From: Desulfuromonadaceae bacterium
GTDB taxonomy: Bacteria > Desulfobacterota > Desulfuromonadia > Geobacterales > Pseudopelobacteraceae
DNA: 64,000 nucleotides
Assembly (NCBI GenBank): GCA_028686055.1
Contig: JAQUCU010000001.1
Coordinates: forward strand, 761-64,760
Reading direction: 5' to 3'
Shown: positions 20,592 through 33,607 of the stretch, piece after piece
How the letters are laid out: the number at the start of each line of letters is the position of its first letter
Position numbering within the stretch: position 1 is the first letter of the stretch
Translations under genes and position numbers: made by a program
Notes under the pieces: generated by a model
The model's database searches: none
Seen by the model: only the letters and a program-made list of their open reading frames with translations
Told to the model about the DNA's origin: nothing

Positions 20592-22502
20592 CTACTTTTT
20601 TACTTTTTTCTTAGCCTTGGCTTTCCCGTGTTTTTTTGTCTTTTTTGAACTCTTCTTGCTTTTTTCAACCTTACCTTTGCTTTTCTTATAGTTATGCTTC
20701 TTACTCTGTTTGTATTTTTTACCTGTCTTTATTTTTATTTTATGCGGAGCCGGGTTGAATTCATCCCGGATGTTATTAAGTAAAATTGAGGCTTCTTCCA
20801 GGGTGGGATCGGCCTTTTTCGCCGCCTCCAGCATCTCCTTGGCCTCGCTCAGCCGTCCTGTTTTCATATACAGCCGCCCAAGTGCATTCAGTGTTCTGGC
20901 ATTGTCAGGCTTCAGTTCAATCGCTTTTTTGTACTCAACAATCGCTTTTTCATAATCTTTTTTAAAGTCATACATCAATCCCAGCTTGTAGTGGTTGACC
21001 GAGTCATTAGGGTTCATCTCCACCGCTTCTTTGAGCAGATCGGTGATTTCATCATACTTCTTGCTTTTTACATAAATTGAAACGAGTGCTGTGCGCGCCT
21101 CGCTGTCATTCTTATTAACCGCAAGCGCTTTTTTATAATGTGCAACCGCCCTCTCGTTGTCCCCTTTTTGAGCGTACAGAGCAGCTACTTCGCGATTTGC
21201 ATCGCCATCGTTCGGGCTATAGGTCAAGACTGATTTGTACGATGATATTGCCAGTCCGGCTTCTTTGCTTTTGGTAAATATCCGTGCAAGTTTAAGGTGG
21301 ATATCCGGGCTTTCGGGCCGGAGCTTGAGAAACTCGGAATACTCTTCAACCGCCTCCTGGAACAGGCCGCGGTTGAAGCGTATGTCACCCAGTCGCAAAT
21401 GAGCTTCTGCATTGCCCGGATTGACCTTGACCGCCCGTTTGTAGGCTACTACCGCCTCGTCGATCTGACCCTTGTTTTCTTGCAGGATACCCAGATTGAG
21501 GTACACATCGCTGTTGGTACTGTTGAGATGTGCCGCCTCACGATAGGCCTTGATGGCCTCGGCGTCGTTACCGGCAGCACGATAGAGATTACCAAGCTTT
21601 TCATATGGAAGCGGGTCTTCGGGGTGCTCCTTGAGAGAGGTATTGAGGCTTTTCATCTCTTTGTCCGCCTCACTCAAAGGTGGCTTGACGTCCGTTTTCT
21701 GAACAGTCTGAGCCAGCCTGGTTTTGCCACCCAGCAGCAAGTGGTAGTCGGCACGTTTCGAATCACCTTTTTTTTGGTAAAGGTCAGCCAGCATCAGCTG
21801 AATCTCGCGATTCTGCGGCTCAGCAACTTCACCTCTCTTCAGCTGTTCAAGCGCCTTATCGGGTTCGCCACGCTGCAGGTAGATAGCGGCAATACCGGCA
21901 TGAGCCTTCGCCGAGACCGGATCTGCGGCCAGTGCACTCTGATATTCCACCAACGCCTTATCAGGCTGATTTGATGCGGCATCGATCTCTGCCAGCCCGA
22001 TAAATATGGAAGCGTCACCGGGCAACCCCCGGCTCGCTTCATTGTAATAATATGCCGCCAGCGGATACACTTTTCGCGCAGCAAGGATTCGTGCCATAGC
22101 CTTCTGGTATAACGGATTGGGAACCGAAGCGAGCCCGCGAGCCAGTTCAACGGATGCTTCGTCATCCATCCCTTTCCTGGCATAGAGCAATCCGAGATTC
22201 CCGCTGGCTTTAGCGAATGCAGGGGCTAACCTCAGGGTCCGGCGATATTCATCAATAGCGCCATCAAAGTTGCTGGCCCGTTCCTGCTGTAGTGCGTTGA
22301 CAAAATGGGCGGCGGCACCATCAGGGCACCGGGTGACAATGTCAGCTTCCGTCTGACGCAACCGGGCCTCATCGTGGATAGTATCCAGCGTGCCGGCGAT
22401 ATTAAGTGCTTCTTTACAGTGATCAGCGCTGAACCCCCAGTTGAACCCGGTCAAAAGGAGTGCGGAACTCAGCAACAACACGTATGTTTGCAGAATCTTC
22501 AT
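20592..22502 (-). CDS. Exported TPR-repeat protein with a polylysine C-terminal tail
   Basis: The signal-like N-terminus MKILQTYVLLLSSALLLTG starts at ATG 22502, preceded by AAGGAAA. Many 34-aa TPR-type repeats are present (A..YY..A, G..D.A...Y..AL...P). By my count, 23 of the last 43 residues are Lys. Confidence 0.75.
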   Translation of the reverse strand: MKILQTYVLLLSSALLLTGFNWGFSADHCKEALNIAGTLDTIHDEARLRQTEADIVTRCPDGAAAHFVNALQQERASNFDGAIDEYRRTLRLAPAFAKASGNLGLLYARKGMDDEASVELARGLASVPNPLYQKAMARILAARKVYPLAAYYYNEASRGLPGDASIFIGLAEIDAASNQPDKALVEYQSALAADPVSAKAHAGIAAIYLQRGEPDKALEQLKRGEVAEPQNREIQLMLADLYQKKGDSKRADYHLLLGGKTRLAQTVQKTDVKPPLSEADKEMKSLNTSLKEHPEDPLPYEKLGNLYRAAGNDAEAIKAYREAAHLNSTNSDVYLNLGILQENKGQIDEAVVAYKRAVKVNPGNAEAHLRLGDIRFNRGLFQEAVEEYSEFLKLRPESPDIHLKLARIFTKSKEAGLAISSYKSVLTYSPNDGDANREVAALYAQKGDNERAVAHYKKALAVNKNDSEARTALVSIYVKSKKYDEITDLLKEAVEMNPNDSVNHYKLGLMYDFKKDYEKAIVEYKKAIELKPDNARTLNALGRLYMKTGRLSEAKEMLEAAKKADPTLEEASILLNNIRDEFNPAPHKIKIKTGKKYKQSKKHNYKKSKGKVEKSKKSSKKTKKHGKAKAKKKVKK

Positions 22503-22768
22503 AACAGGTGTTTCCTTAACTTCTGTCGGTATTTTCGCGGAAGTATACACGCCATACGGGTGTATTTCAATATTTTAGGCTAAGTGACTGATTATCTGCT
22601 GCATTATATGGTTAACCATTCCTTTCTAAGGCATCTCACACAGTTGCATAAGTAACATGCGAATCCGCTATATTTTCTCCACCGGCTATCCACTTCAATA
22701 TGAAAATTGATTTTATCGTTCCGAAATAGTATCATTGCGTATTTATAACTTGTAACAGAGGATGCACA

Positions 22769-23275
22769 ATGATCCGTACAATTCTTACCTACCCGAACCC
22801 GGAGCTCAAGAAAAAGTCCGCCCCGGTAAAAATTATAACTGATTCGGTCCGGGAGCTCGTCCAGGACATGGCAAACACCATGTATGACGCCCCGGGAATC
22901 GGTCTGGCAGCGCCTCAAATCGGCGTCCACCAGCGTGTCATCGTTATCGATATTTCGGGGAAAAATGAGCCGCCCGACCTGATTGTAGCTATCAACCCGA
23001 CCATTGTGTACGCAGAAGGGGAGGTCTACGAAGAGGAAGGGTGTCTCTCCGTGCCGGACTATGCCGCCAATGTCAGGCGCCATGCCAGCGTTGTCGTCAA
23101 GGCACTGGACATCGAGGGAGTCGAGCGCACCTGGAAAGCTGATGACCTGCTCGCCATCGCGTTCCAGCATGAAATCGACCATCTGGACGGAATCCTGTTT
23201 ATTGACCACCTCTCGGCGCTCAAGCGAGAGATATTTCAGCGCAAAGTCCGCAAGGCAGCAGAGGAGCGACGATGA
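22769..23275 (+). CDS. def: Peptide deformylase
   Basis: The three signature motifs are GIGLAAPQIG, EGCLSVP and QHEIDHLDG. Confidence 0.95.
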   Translation: MIRTILTYPNPELKKKSAPVKIITDSVRELVQDMANTMYDAPGIGLAAPQIGVHQRVIVIDISGKNEPPDLIVAINPTIVYAEGEVYEEEGCLSVPDYAANVRRHASVVVKALDIEGVERTWKADDLLAIAFQHEIDHLDGILFIDHLSALKREIFQRKVRKAAEERR

Positions 23276-24228
23276 CCGGCTGGCGCACTATTTTCATGGG
23301 CACACCGGATTTTGCCTGCCCGACCCTGCAGAAGCTGATCGAACGCGGTGAAGACATCGTAGCCGTCGTCACACAGCCGGACCGCCCCAAGGGACGGGGA
23401 CAGAAGATGATGCCTCCCCCGGTCAAGGAATTGGCAGAAAAGCATGGCATCCCGGTCTACCAACCGCTCAAAGTGCGTGATCCGGCCTTCGTTGACATCA
23501 TCAGAGAGCTTAAACCGGATGTTGTAGTGGTCGTCGCTTTCGGCCAGATACTTCCAAAAGCACTGCTGGAAATTCCGCCGCATGGCTGCATCAATGTCCA
23601 TGCCTCGCTGCTCCCCCACTACCGCGGCGCGGCACCTCTCAACTGGTGCATCATAAATGGCGAGACTGAAACCGGCGTAACCACCATGCTGATGGACGTC
23701 GGCCTGGACACCGGTGATATACTGCTAGTCCGGAAAACCGCGCTGGATGAAAACGAAGACATTCAGTCTCTGCATGACCGCATGTCGGTCATGGGAGGCG
23801 ATCTGTTGGCGGAAACCCTTGATCGGCTCATGACTGGCGGCATCGTACCGTTGCCGCAGAACAACGCTACCAGCAGTTATGCTCCAATGCTGAAAAAAGA
23901 GGATGGCATTATCAACTGGAATGCTGACGCCCGCACAATCCACAATCAGGTGCGCGGCCTGGCGGTCTGGCCCGGGGCCTGTACGGTGGTCGGTGACCAG
24001 GTGCTTAAAATTTTTCGCACCAGGATCGGCAACGGTTCCGGGGAACCCGGAACGGTATTGCAGGCAGTGAAAGGGTCTTTTGAGGTAGCCTGCCGTTCGG
24101 GGAGTCTTTTTTTGCAGGAGCTGCAGCTGGCCGGCAAGAAGCGCCTCGACTGCGCAAGCTTTCTGGCCGGCTACCCGGTTTCCGAGGGTACTCTGCTGGG
24201 TGCCGGACAACATGAGGTGTTATCATAG
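23272..24228 (+). CDS. fmt: Methionyl-tRNA formyltransferase
   Basis: IFMGTPDFA and HASLLPHYRGAAPLNW; ATGA overlap with def. Confidence 0.95.
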   Translation: MTGWRTIFMGTPDFACPTLQKLIERGEDIVAVVTQPDRPKGRGQKMMPPPVKELAEKHGIPVYQPLKVRDPAFVDIIRELKPDVVVVVAFGQILPKALLEIPPHGCINVHASLLPHYRGAAPLNWCIINGETETGVTTMLMDVGLDTGDILLVRKTALDENEDIQSLHDRMSVMGGDLLAETLDRLMTGGIVPLPQNNATSSYAPMLKKEDGIINWNADARTIHNQVRGLAVWPGACTVVGDQVLKIFRTRIGNGSGEPGTVLQAVKGSFEVACRSGSLFLQELQLAGKKRLDCASFLAGYPVSEGTLLGAGQHEVLS

Positions 24229-25025
24229 TGGCAAAAACTCACGAAACATCAGTCACACCGCCACGCAAGCGGTTGTTTGTAACCCTTATGGGGGTAACCT
24301 GCCTGGTGGTGGTCGCTGCAATTTTCCTGACCTGGTGGATTCCCAACCGCGGTCTTGCCAACATCCACCCCAATCTGCCGCATATTGTCGGCATCATCAT
24401 GATGACTCTTTCCGGGATTGCGATCCTTGGGACCGGTCTGCTGGTTCTGACCACCGCACTGGGGAAGGACATTTTCCTGACCCGCTACATGCGTCTGGTA
24501 GTGATCAAGTTTTTATTGCCGGTTATCGAATTTGTTGGGAAGATGATGGGAGTAGACAGGGACAGCATCCGACAGTCTTTTATCGCCATGAACAACAGCC
24601 TGGTGATGTCTCAGCGGATGAAGGTAAGACCTGACCGGATTCTGGTGCTGCTGCCGCATTGCATCCAGCTGTCCGACTGCGAAATAAAAGTCACGGGTGA
24701 CATCCATAAATGTGTGCAGTGCGGACGCTGCAGCATCAAAGGACTGGTCGAAATCGGGAAGAAATATGCGGTTGACCTTTCGGTCGCCACCGGCGGCACC
24801 CTGGCTCGCAAGGTCATCGTGGAAAAACGGCCTAAACTGGTGTTGGCAGTCGCCTGTGAGCGTGACCTGACCTCAGGGATCAAAGACTGCTACCCGCTGC
24901 CGGTCATCGGCATCCTCAACGAGCGTCCCTTCGGCCCATGCTTCAATACAGTCGTCGATGTATCGAAGATCGATGCGGTTCTAAGCCAGGTACTGGATCA
25001 GGGCAAGCCGGGGGCTTCGAATTGA
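24228..25025 (+). CDS. DUF116-family membrane protein
   Basis: Two or three N-terminal transmembrane helices are followed by the Cys-rich block LLPHCIQLSDC...HKCVQCGRCSIKG. A GTG start overlaps the fmt stop (TAGTG). The position after def-fmt is typical for DUF116. Confidence 0.65.
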   Translation: MAKTHETSVTPPRKRLFVTLMGVTCLVVVAAIFLTWWIPNRGLANIHPNLPHIVGIIMMTLSGIAILGTGLLVLTTALGKDIFLTRYMRLVVIKFLLPVIEFVGKMMGVDRDSIRQSFIAMNNSLVMSQRMKVRPDRILVLLPHCIQLSDCEIKVTGDIHKCVQCGRCSIKGLVEIGKKYAVDLSVATGGTLARKVIVEKRPKLVLAVACERDLTSGIKDCYPLPVIGILNERPFGPCFNTVVDVSKIDAVLSQVLDQGKPGASN

Positions 25026-25046
25026 GCATTATCCCTGTAATGCCGG

Positions 25047-28000
25047 TTATTCCTTAACCACAAACAGAAGGTCAAACACATCCCTGATTTTGCCGGTTAT
25101 CTCTTCGTAATCACAGATCAGGGAGGCACCCGGGTTCTTCAACGTGGGGTCGTAACCCAGACGGCGCGCCAACTTGTTGAGGTAGATTCTCGATCCGGAG
25201 AGATCATTGACCGAATAGTCGTGGACGATCCGCAGGCGGTTTTCAAGTTTGCGCAGAAACTTGTACCCGGTCAGGAGTGTTTGGGCACTTTCTTCGGGCA
25301 GCAATCCCAGCGTACTTATCTCCTTGAGCGCGATAAGTGTACTGGGGGTACGCAGTTCCGGATTGCGGTACCCTTCCCGCAACTGCAGGTACTGGACCGC
25401 AAACTCCACATCCACCATGCCGCCCCGGCCCGTTTTTATATTGTAACTGCCGTCCTTTTCCCTGGCCAGCTCATTTTCCATCCGCATTCGCAGGCGGTGA
25501 ATCTCCTGGCGCCCTTCATCACCTATCGTTGTGCCATAAATAGTATGGCGGATGACGTCGTGCAGCTGGCCGGCCAGCCTGTCATCACCAAGCACGACAC
25601 GAGCCTTGGTCAGGGCCTGCCGCTCCCAGATTTGGGCTTCCTTGCGGTGGTAGTCGAGAAAAGAATCCAGCGAGGTCACCAGCGGACCGGCATTCCCTGA
25701 AGGGCGCAGACGGGTGTCTATTTTGTAGACATACCCCTCGCGAGTCTGCGTTGTCAGAATCGATATGATCTTCTGGGCCAGCTTGGCAAAATACTCGTGG
25801 TTGGATATCTGTTTTTCACCGTCGGTATGCCCCTGATGATCGTAGACAAAGATAATGTCCAGATCCGAGTGGTAGTTCAGCTCCCCACCACCCAACTTGC
25901 CCATGGCGATGATCGCCAGATGCGCCTCGGTGTTTTTCTCTTCATACTGCCAGACCGGACGCCCGAAACGCTTCAGTTCGGCAACCGCCAGCCGGAATGC
26001 TGCAGCAAGGCAGATCTCTCCCAGCAGGCTGAGCTGCGAAGTAACCTCCCCCTGCAGCAGGCGCCCATGAATATCATTCAACCCGATGCGCAGAAATTCT
26101 TCGTTGCGGTAACGCCGGAGGATGTTCAGGTGGTCCTCGAAATAATCACTCTGTTCAAGCAGCGCATCCAGCTCCTCCTGCATCGTTTCCTTTGTTTTAA
26201 CTACCGATAACCCACTGCGTGCAACCAGGCTGTCAAGCAGCTCCGGATGGTTTATCAGGATCTTGGATAAAAATTCCGACATTCCGAACAGTGATACCAA
26301 CAGCTTGATTGTCTGACGGTTTTCCGCCAACAGGGCGTAATAGGATGATCTCGTGGCAACTACCGTCAGGAAGCGTTCCAGATTGGTCAGTGCCAGATCA
26401 GGATCCGGGGATTCAAAGATTTCCTGGACCATAATCGGGGTGATTTTTTGCAGAAGGCGGCGGCTCCGTTCGGTCAGATTGGACTTTATCGGTCCTCTCC
26501 GCAGTAATATCAGGTTGTCATAGGCACGCTCGACATCCTCAAAATGGTGTTCAGCCAGCATATCCTTGACCAGATCAGAATCAGCCTTGGGATCGAGAAG
26601 AAACAGAATCTGCGGATGGACCTCCTGCTCCATCTTTTTATCCTGTGAATGGAAGAGTGCACCGTATATGGCTGAAACATGGGTACGATGCTCTTCCAGC
26701 ACCCGGCAGAAACGCTCCAGTCCATCGGCGCGCAGATATCCGCTCCGCCGTGCCAGCGCCAGCATCTCCTCATTCTTGGCCGGCAGGTTGTGGGTCTGGC
26801 GTTCCTGCACCACCTGGATCCGGTGTTCAACAGAGCGGAGAAAGCGATACGCCTCCTGCAGCATGCGATGGTCGTCCTCTCCCAGTAAATTGGCAGCAAG
26901 AAGCGTATCCAGAGCCCGGAGCGAGTTCCGTTCCCGCAGTTTCGGGTTTTTCCCGGCATAGACAAGCTGCAGGGCCTGGATAAAAAACTCTATTTCACGG
27001 ATACCGCCCCGCCCGAGCTTGAGATTGGTTTCCGCTTCCCGTGAGCGGGCCAGCGAAGCATCGATTTTCTGTTTCATCTGTTTCATATCATCGATCAGGT
27101 TGTAATCGAGATATTTGCGGTAGATAAACGGCTGCAGGGTTTTCAGCAGCTGCTCTCCAAGTGCCAGCGAACCGGCGACTGGGCGGGCCTTAAGCATCGC
27201 GGTACGCTCCCACGACTGACCCCACGATTCATAGTAGACCTCGGCGGAACGAAGCGAAACCGCCATGTCGCCCGACTTCCCTTCCGGGCGGAGGCCGACG
27301 TCAACCCGGAACACGAAACCATCCTCCGTCACCTGCGACAACGCCTTGCTGATCATCTCTCCCAGCTTGTTAAAGAAGGCATGCAGCGAAACCACCCCTT
27401 TTTTTCCAGCGGAGCCGTTCTCCACGCCGGCCGTCCCCCCCCTGTCCGACTCATAGAAGTAGATGATGTCAATATCGGAAGAAAAATTAAGTTCACGCCC
27501 CCCCAGTTTGCCCATGCCGATCACAGTCATCTCCGCTTCGCGCGCAGACGCTGCATCTCCCTCCAACAGTGGGAGCCCATGGTCACGAATCAGGCAGCGC
27601 CGACAGACCTGATAGGCAACCTGCAGCGTTGACGAGGCAAGATCGGAAAGCTCCCTCATAACCTCCTCAAGCGGCGCCAGCCCGTTTAGGTCGCGCGCGG
27701 CGATCCGCACGATTTCGCGCCTTTTGAAACAGCGTAGCGCCTTCTGCAGCGCGGCGAAGTCGGTCGATGCATCTACAGTACACTGTACCGCTGCCTGCAT
27801 TTCTTCAGCTGATCGGGCAAGATCAATGCCGTTCTCCAGAAAAAGCCAACACAGGATACATGGTGACTTGTACATCAGATTCACGAGAAATGGTGATGAA
27901 CCGCAGAGGAGGATACATTGGGCCAGCCTTTTTTTACGTTCCGCCAGCCCGGTCAGATTTTCAGGGGAGAGAACTCCAGCCAGACGTTCAAATGCATTCA

Positions 28001-28220
28001 GCGCCAGATCCGGCGAGGGGGTCATGAGAGCGTTGATGACAATACGGTGCAGCGTGTCAACGGTAAATAAGGGGCGGAGCAGCAGTATGTTTTCAGCGCT
28101 GCGGGCACCGTACTGAAAACCGTGGGACTCAAGAAACGCAGCCAGTTCCTGCAGTTGCCCGGCCGGATCGAAAACAGCAATAGCCCGGCTGAACTCCTGT
28201 GAGAATCGTTCTATATGCAT
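25047..28220 (-). CDS. glnE: Bifunctional glutamine synthetase adenylyltransferase / adenylyl-removing enzyme
   Basis: Two nucleotidyltransferase cores are present: GMGKLGGRELNFSSDIDIIYFY and AMGKLGGGELNYHSDLDIIFVY. The start is set at MHIERF (28220), 1 nt after the mtnA stop; the longer ORF-track start would overlap mtnA by 143 nt. Confidence 0.9.
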   Translation of the reverse strand: MHIERFSQEFSRAIAVFDPAGQLQELAAFLESHGFQYGARSAENILLLRPLFTVDTLHRIVINALMTPSPDLALNAFERLAGVLSPENLTGLAERKKRLAQCILLCGSSPFLVNLMYKSPCILCWLFLENGIDLARSAEEMQAAVQCTVDASTDFAALQKALRCFKRREIVRIAARDLNGLAPLEEVMRELSDLASSTLQVAYQVCRRCLIRDHGLPLLEGDAASAREAEMTVIGMGKLGGRELNFSSDIDIIYFYESDRGGTAGVENGSAGKKGVVSLHAFFNKLGEMISKALSQVTEDGFVFRVDVGLRPEGKSGDMAVSLRSAEVYYESWGQSWERTAMLKARPVAGSLALGEQLLKTLQPFIYRKYLDYNLIDDMKQMKQKIDASLARSREAETNLKLGRGGIREIEFFIQALQLVYAGKNPKLRERNSLRALDTLLAANLLGEDDHRMLQEAYRFLRSVEHRIQVVQERQTHNLPAKNEEMLALARRSGYLRADGLERFCRVLEEHRTHVSAIYGALFHSQDKKMEQEVHPQILFLLDPKADSDLVKDMLAEHHFEDVERAYDNLILLRRGPIKSNLTERSRRLLQKITPIMVQEIFESPDPDLALTNLERFLTVVATRSSYYALLAENRQTIKLLVSLFGMSEFLSKILINHPELLDSLVARSGLSVVKTKETMQEELDALLEQSDYFEDHLNILRRYRNEEFLRIGLNDIHGRLLQGEVTSQLSLLGEICLAAAFRLAVAELKRFGRPVWQYEEKNTEAHLAIIAMGKLGGGELNYHSDLDIIFVYDHQGHTDGEKQISNHEYFAKLAQKIISILTTQTREGYVYKIDTRLRPSGNAGPLVTSLDSFLDYHRKEAQIWERQALTKARVVLGDDRLAGQLHDVIRHTIYGTTIGDEGRQEIHRLRMRMENELAREKDGSYNIKTGRGGMVDVEFAVQYLQLREGYRNPELRTPSTLIALKEISTLGLLPEESAQTLLTGYKFLRKLENRLRIVHDYSVNDLSGSRIYLNKLARRLGYDPTLKNPGASLICDYEEITGKIRDVFDLLFVVKE

Positions 28221-28221
28221 A

Positions 28222-29262
28222 TCAGTGTCTCGCAGCCTTGCGCAGTCCGCTGCAATAGTCGCCTGTGACGATGCCGTTTTCGGTGATGATGGCGGTGATG
28301 TAGCGTGCCGGTGTGACATCAAAAGCGGGATTGCGAACCCGCATCCCTTCCGGCGCAATCGCAACCCCCTTGATGTGGGTAACTTCAGACGCAGGGCGCT
28401 CTTCGATCGGGATCTTGCTGCCGTCGGAGAGGGTCAGGTCAAGGGTGGAAACCGGAGCGGCGACGTAGAAAGGGATGTTGTTCTCTTTGGCCAGCACCGC
28501 CACTGAATAGGTGCCGATCTTGTTGGCGGTATCACCGTTGGCGGCGATCCGGTCGGCACCGACAACGCAGCAGGTAATCTCGCCGCGGCTCATAAAGAAT
28601 CCGGCCATATTGTCAGCAATCAGCGTCGCCGGAATACCCTCTTTCATCAGTTCCCAGGCGGTAAGGCGCGCACCCTGGAGCCAGGGGCGCGTCTCGTCGG
28701 CAAAGACCTGGATCTTCTTGCCGGCCTCATGAGCGGCACGGATAACGCCCAATGCGGTGCCGTAACCGGCCGTAGCCAGCCCCCCGGCATTGCAATGAGT
28801 CAGGACCGTAGCCCCATCAGGAATCAGTGTGGCACCCCACTTGCCGATATTTCTGCAAATGGTCAGATCCTCCTGCTCGATCCGGATCGCTTCCTTTTTG
28901 AGCGCCTCACGGATTTTATCAAGACTACTGCTCCGGTTCGCCTCGGCGACCCGCTTCATCCGCTCCAACCCCCAGAAGAGGTTGACCGCAGTCGGGCGCG
29001 TACGCCCCAGCACATCACAGACGTTGTCCAGCTGGCGGAAAAAGGATTCGTGGGTATCGGCGATAATCGACCGCGCCCCCAGTGCTACCCCCATGGCCGC
29101 CGCCACGCCGATGGCCGGGGCACCACGGATGATCATCCCCTTGATCGCTTCCGCGACGGACTGAAAATCGGTATAGGTGTTATAAATTTCCTCGCCGGGC
29201 AGGCGGGTCTGATCGATCATGACGACGGCGTTGTCAAGCCATTCAATAGTGCGGAAAAGCAT
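28222..29262 (-). CDS. mtnA: S-methyl-5-thioribose-1-phosphate isomerase
   Basis: The fold is eIF-2B alpha/beta/delta-like: [46 protein letters not shown]. Confidence 0.85.
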   Translation of the reverse strand: MLFRTIEWLDNAVVMIDQTRLPGEEIYNTYTDFQSVAEAIKGMIIRGAPAIGVAAAMGVALGARSIIADTHESFFRQLDNVCDVLGRTRPTAVNLFWGLERMKRVAEANRSSSLDKIREALKKEAIRIEQEDLTICRNIGKWGATLIPDGATVLTHCNAGGLATAGYGTALGVIRAAHEAGKKIQVFADETRPWLQGARLTAWELMKEGIPATLIADNMAGFFMSRGEITCCVVGADRIAANGDTANKIGTYSVAVLAKENNIPFYVAAPVSTLDLTLSDGSKIPIEERPASEVTHIKGVAIAPEGMRVRNPAFDVTPARYITAIITENGIVTGDYCSGLRKAARH

Positions 29263-29412
29263 GGGGGCTCCTTATAACGATCTCTACCCCTTTCGAGGGG
29301 GTGGTTGGTGGTGGGATCCGGGTACCATTACTACCACGGAGCGTCATTCAAGGCAATTTTTCTCTCCCGTTTCCCCTTGCAGCACCTTCGCTCTTCCTGC
29401 TATACATTTTAC

Positions 29413-29970
29413 ATGAGCAACAGTGCACAGAAAGTACGTTTGTCCGAGATTTTCCTGACCTTCGTCAAAATCGGCGTGACAGGTTTCGGCGGCGGCATGG
29501 CCATTGTCGCCCTGGTGGAAAGGATCTGTGTCCGCGAAAAGAACTGGATTTCGTCGGACGAGTTCCTGCATGGGCTGGCCTTTGGCCAGATTCTGGGGCC
29601 GTTTTCACTCAATGTCTGCACCTTTACCGGTCACCACCTGCGCGGCATTCGCGGCGGAATTATCGCGGCCGTGGGCTTTATGCTCCCATCGTTTCTGCTG
29701 GTGACCCTCCTCTCCTGGATTTATTTCACCTATGACAAGCTGCCCCAACTACAGGCCGCCCTCAAGGGAACCAATCCGGTGGTCATCGGACTTATCATCG
29801 TCGTCGCCATCGATATGGGGCGCAAGCAGATTAAAGGGTGGAGCGGCCTGCTGATGGCGCTTGTGGCGTTCTGCGCATCGGTGTTTTTTAAACTCAATGC
29901 CGCCTGGATCCTTTTGGGAGCAGCACTCTGGTCTCTCTGCAGCAGTTATTACCGCAGGAGATTCACCTGA
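29413..29970 (+). CDS. Chromate transporter (CHR) family protein, first half-size subunit
   Basis: FLTFVKIGVTGFGGGMAIVA with multiple transmembrane segments. ATG at 29413 is preferred over the ORF-track start at 29305. Confidence 0.75.
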   Translation: MSNSAQKVRLSEIFLTFVKIGVTGFGGGMAIVALVERICVREKNWISSDEFLHGLAFGQILGPFSLNVCTFTGHHLRGIRGGIIAAVGFMLPSFLLVTLLSWIYFTYDKLPQLQAALKGTNPVVIGLIIVVAIDMGRKQIKGWSGLLMALVAFCASVFFKLNAAWILLGAALWSLCSSYYRRRFT

Positions 29971-30488
29971 TGGCATCGCTGCTTTTGATCGCATGGACCT
30001 TCTTTCGTATCGGCCTGATCTTTGTCGGCGGCGGTTACGTGCTCATTCCGCTCCTCAATCATATCATGGTCGAACAGTACCGGTGGCTGACGCTCAGGCA
30101 ATTTCTCGACGGGCTGGCGCTGTCGCAGCTGACGCCCGGCCCACTGGCAATTATCGCAACCTTCACCGGTTTCCGGGCCGGCGGCTTTCCGGGTGCCTTC
30201 GTGGCTACCGTCTGCATTTTTCTCCCCTGTGTCATGCTGATGCTGATCGTCGGGCGCAATTACGATCGCCTGAAGAAAATCGACATCATCGGCAGTACCC
30301 TTGACGGTCTTCTTCCTGCGGTTGTCGGCCTGGTCGCCGCGGCAGCCTGGAACCTGGGGGTTGCGTCACTCTCAGGGATGAAGGAGTTTTTGATCCTGGC
30401 GGCCGGTTTTGCCGTTTTCAAATGGACAAAAACCAGCCCGATGATTGTCATCCTTGGTGCAGGTGTCGTCGGTCTGCTGCTGAACTGA
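29970..30488 (+). CDS. Chromate transporter (CHR) family protein, second half-size subunit
   Basis: FFRIGLIFVGGGYVLIPLL; TGATG overlap with the preceding half. This is the paired short-chain CHR arrangement. Confidence 0.75.
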   Translation: MASLLLIAWTFFRIGLIFVGGGYVLIPLLNHIMVEQYRWLTLRQFLDGLALSQLTPGPLAIIATFTGFRAGGFPGAFVATVCIFLPCVMLMLIVGRNYDRLKKIDIIGSTLDGLLPAVVGLVAAAAWNLGVASLSGMKEFLILAAGFAVFKWTKTSPMIVILGAGVVGLLLN

Positions 30489-30523
30489 CGGCTGTAACGC
30501 CGCATGTATACGGCAAATGACAG

Positions 30524-30552
30524 AGGCACCCGGTTTGCCCGGTGCCTTTTTT
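30524..30552 (+). terminator. Rho-independent terminator after the CHR pair
   Basis: Stem GGCACCCGG (30524-30532) / CCGGGTGCC (30538-30546), followed by TTTTTT (30547-30552). Confidence 0.8.
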
Positions 30553-30565
30553 CGTGCAGTGTGCT

Positions 30566-33087
<2,522 letters not shown>

Positions 33088-33088
<1 letters not shown>

Positions 33089-33109
33089 GGGCGCTGCCTG
33101 CCGCGCCCC
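33088..33109. terminator. GC-rich hairpin between the convergent helicase and membrane-protein genes
   Basis: Stem GGGGCGC (33088-33094) / GCGCCCC (33103-33109). There is no U-tract and it overlaps the helicase stop codon. Confidence 0.3.
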
Positions 33110-33121
33110 ATACGGTTGAAC

Positions 33122-33607
33122 CTATGGTGTTTTCATACGTTTTTTTGCACTGAAGTTGAAACACTGGAAATACATCAGGCAGGTCAGCAGAAAAGAGAAT
33201 ATTGTCGAAGCGAGAACCAGCGGCGCACCGGCCGCCTTTTTCGCATCCGGCACAAGCGTGACGAAGACGACAAAGAAAGCCACGCCGCAGAATTTCCACA
33301 GATCACCGATCAACCGTTTTTTACGCAGAGCGGCCAGCTGCTCGGTTGTCAGTCCCGGCTGGCTCCCTTCTATTTCTACACCGGCATCGCGCCAGGCCAA
33401 CCGGTACACAGGATAGATCAGCAATAACTGTACGGCAATAGCTGCCACGATGCTGCTGAAAAACTGTGCCGGCTTGCCCAGAGTGGCAAACCGACCCTGG
33501 AAAACGACCGCCAGGACGATCAGCAACCCAGTTAATATGGTTTGAACAATCCGGTAGATCATCATCTGCCGGTTAAGTTTCTTGAAATCTATACTGGGCA
33601 TTGGCAT
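33122..33607 (-). CDS. Hypothetical integral membrane protein
   Basis: Four hydrophobic stretches, for example IVQTILTGLLIVLAVVF, IVAAIAVQLLLIYPVY, FCGVAFFVVFVTLV and LVLASTIFSFLLTCLMYF. I recognise no motif. The start could be 33607 or 33601. Confidence 0.55.
   Translation of the reverse strand: MPMPSIDFKKLNRQMMIYRIVQTILTGLLIVLAVVFQGRFATLGKPAQFFSSIVAAIAVQLLLIYPVYRLAWRDAGVEIEGSQPGLTTEQLAALRKKRLIGDLWKFCGVAFFVVFVTLVPDAKKAAGAPLVLASTIFSFLLTCLMYFQCFNFSAKKRMKTP

Noticed and set aside
22604-23209. A 201-aa minus-strand ORF overlapping def
   Set aside because: It is antisense to a gene with all three peptide deformylase signature motifs and has no features of its own.
29263-29412. The mtnA/CHR divergent spacer, with a CCCCTCGAAAGGGG hairpin and GTGGT...ACCAC complementarity, considered as a SAM/SAH-type riboswitch for mtnA
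   Set aside because: I could not match it to the SAM-I, SAM-II or SAH riboswitch cores. The hairpin has no U-tract. It is probably just promoter or leader sequence.
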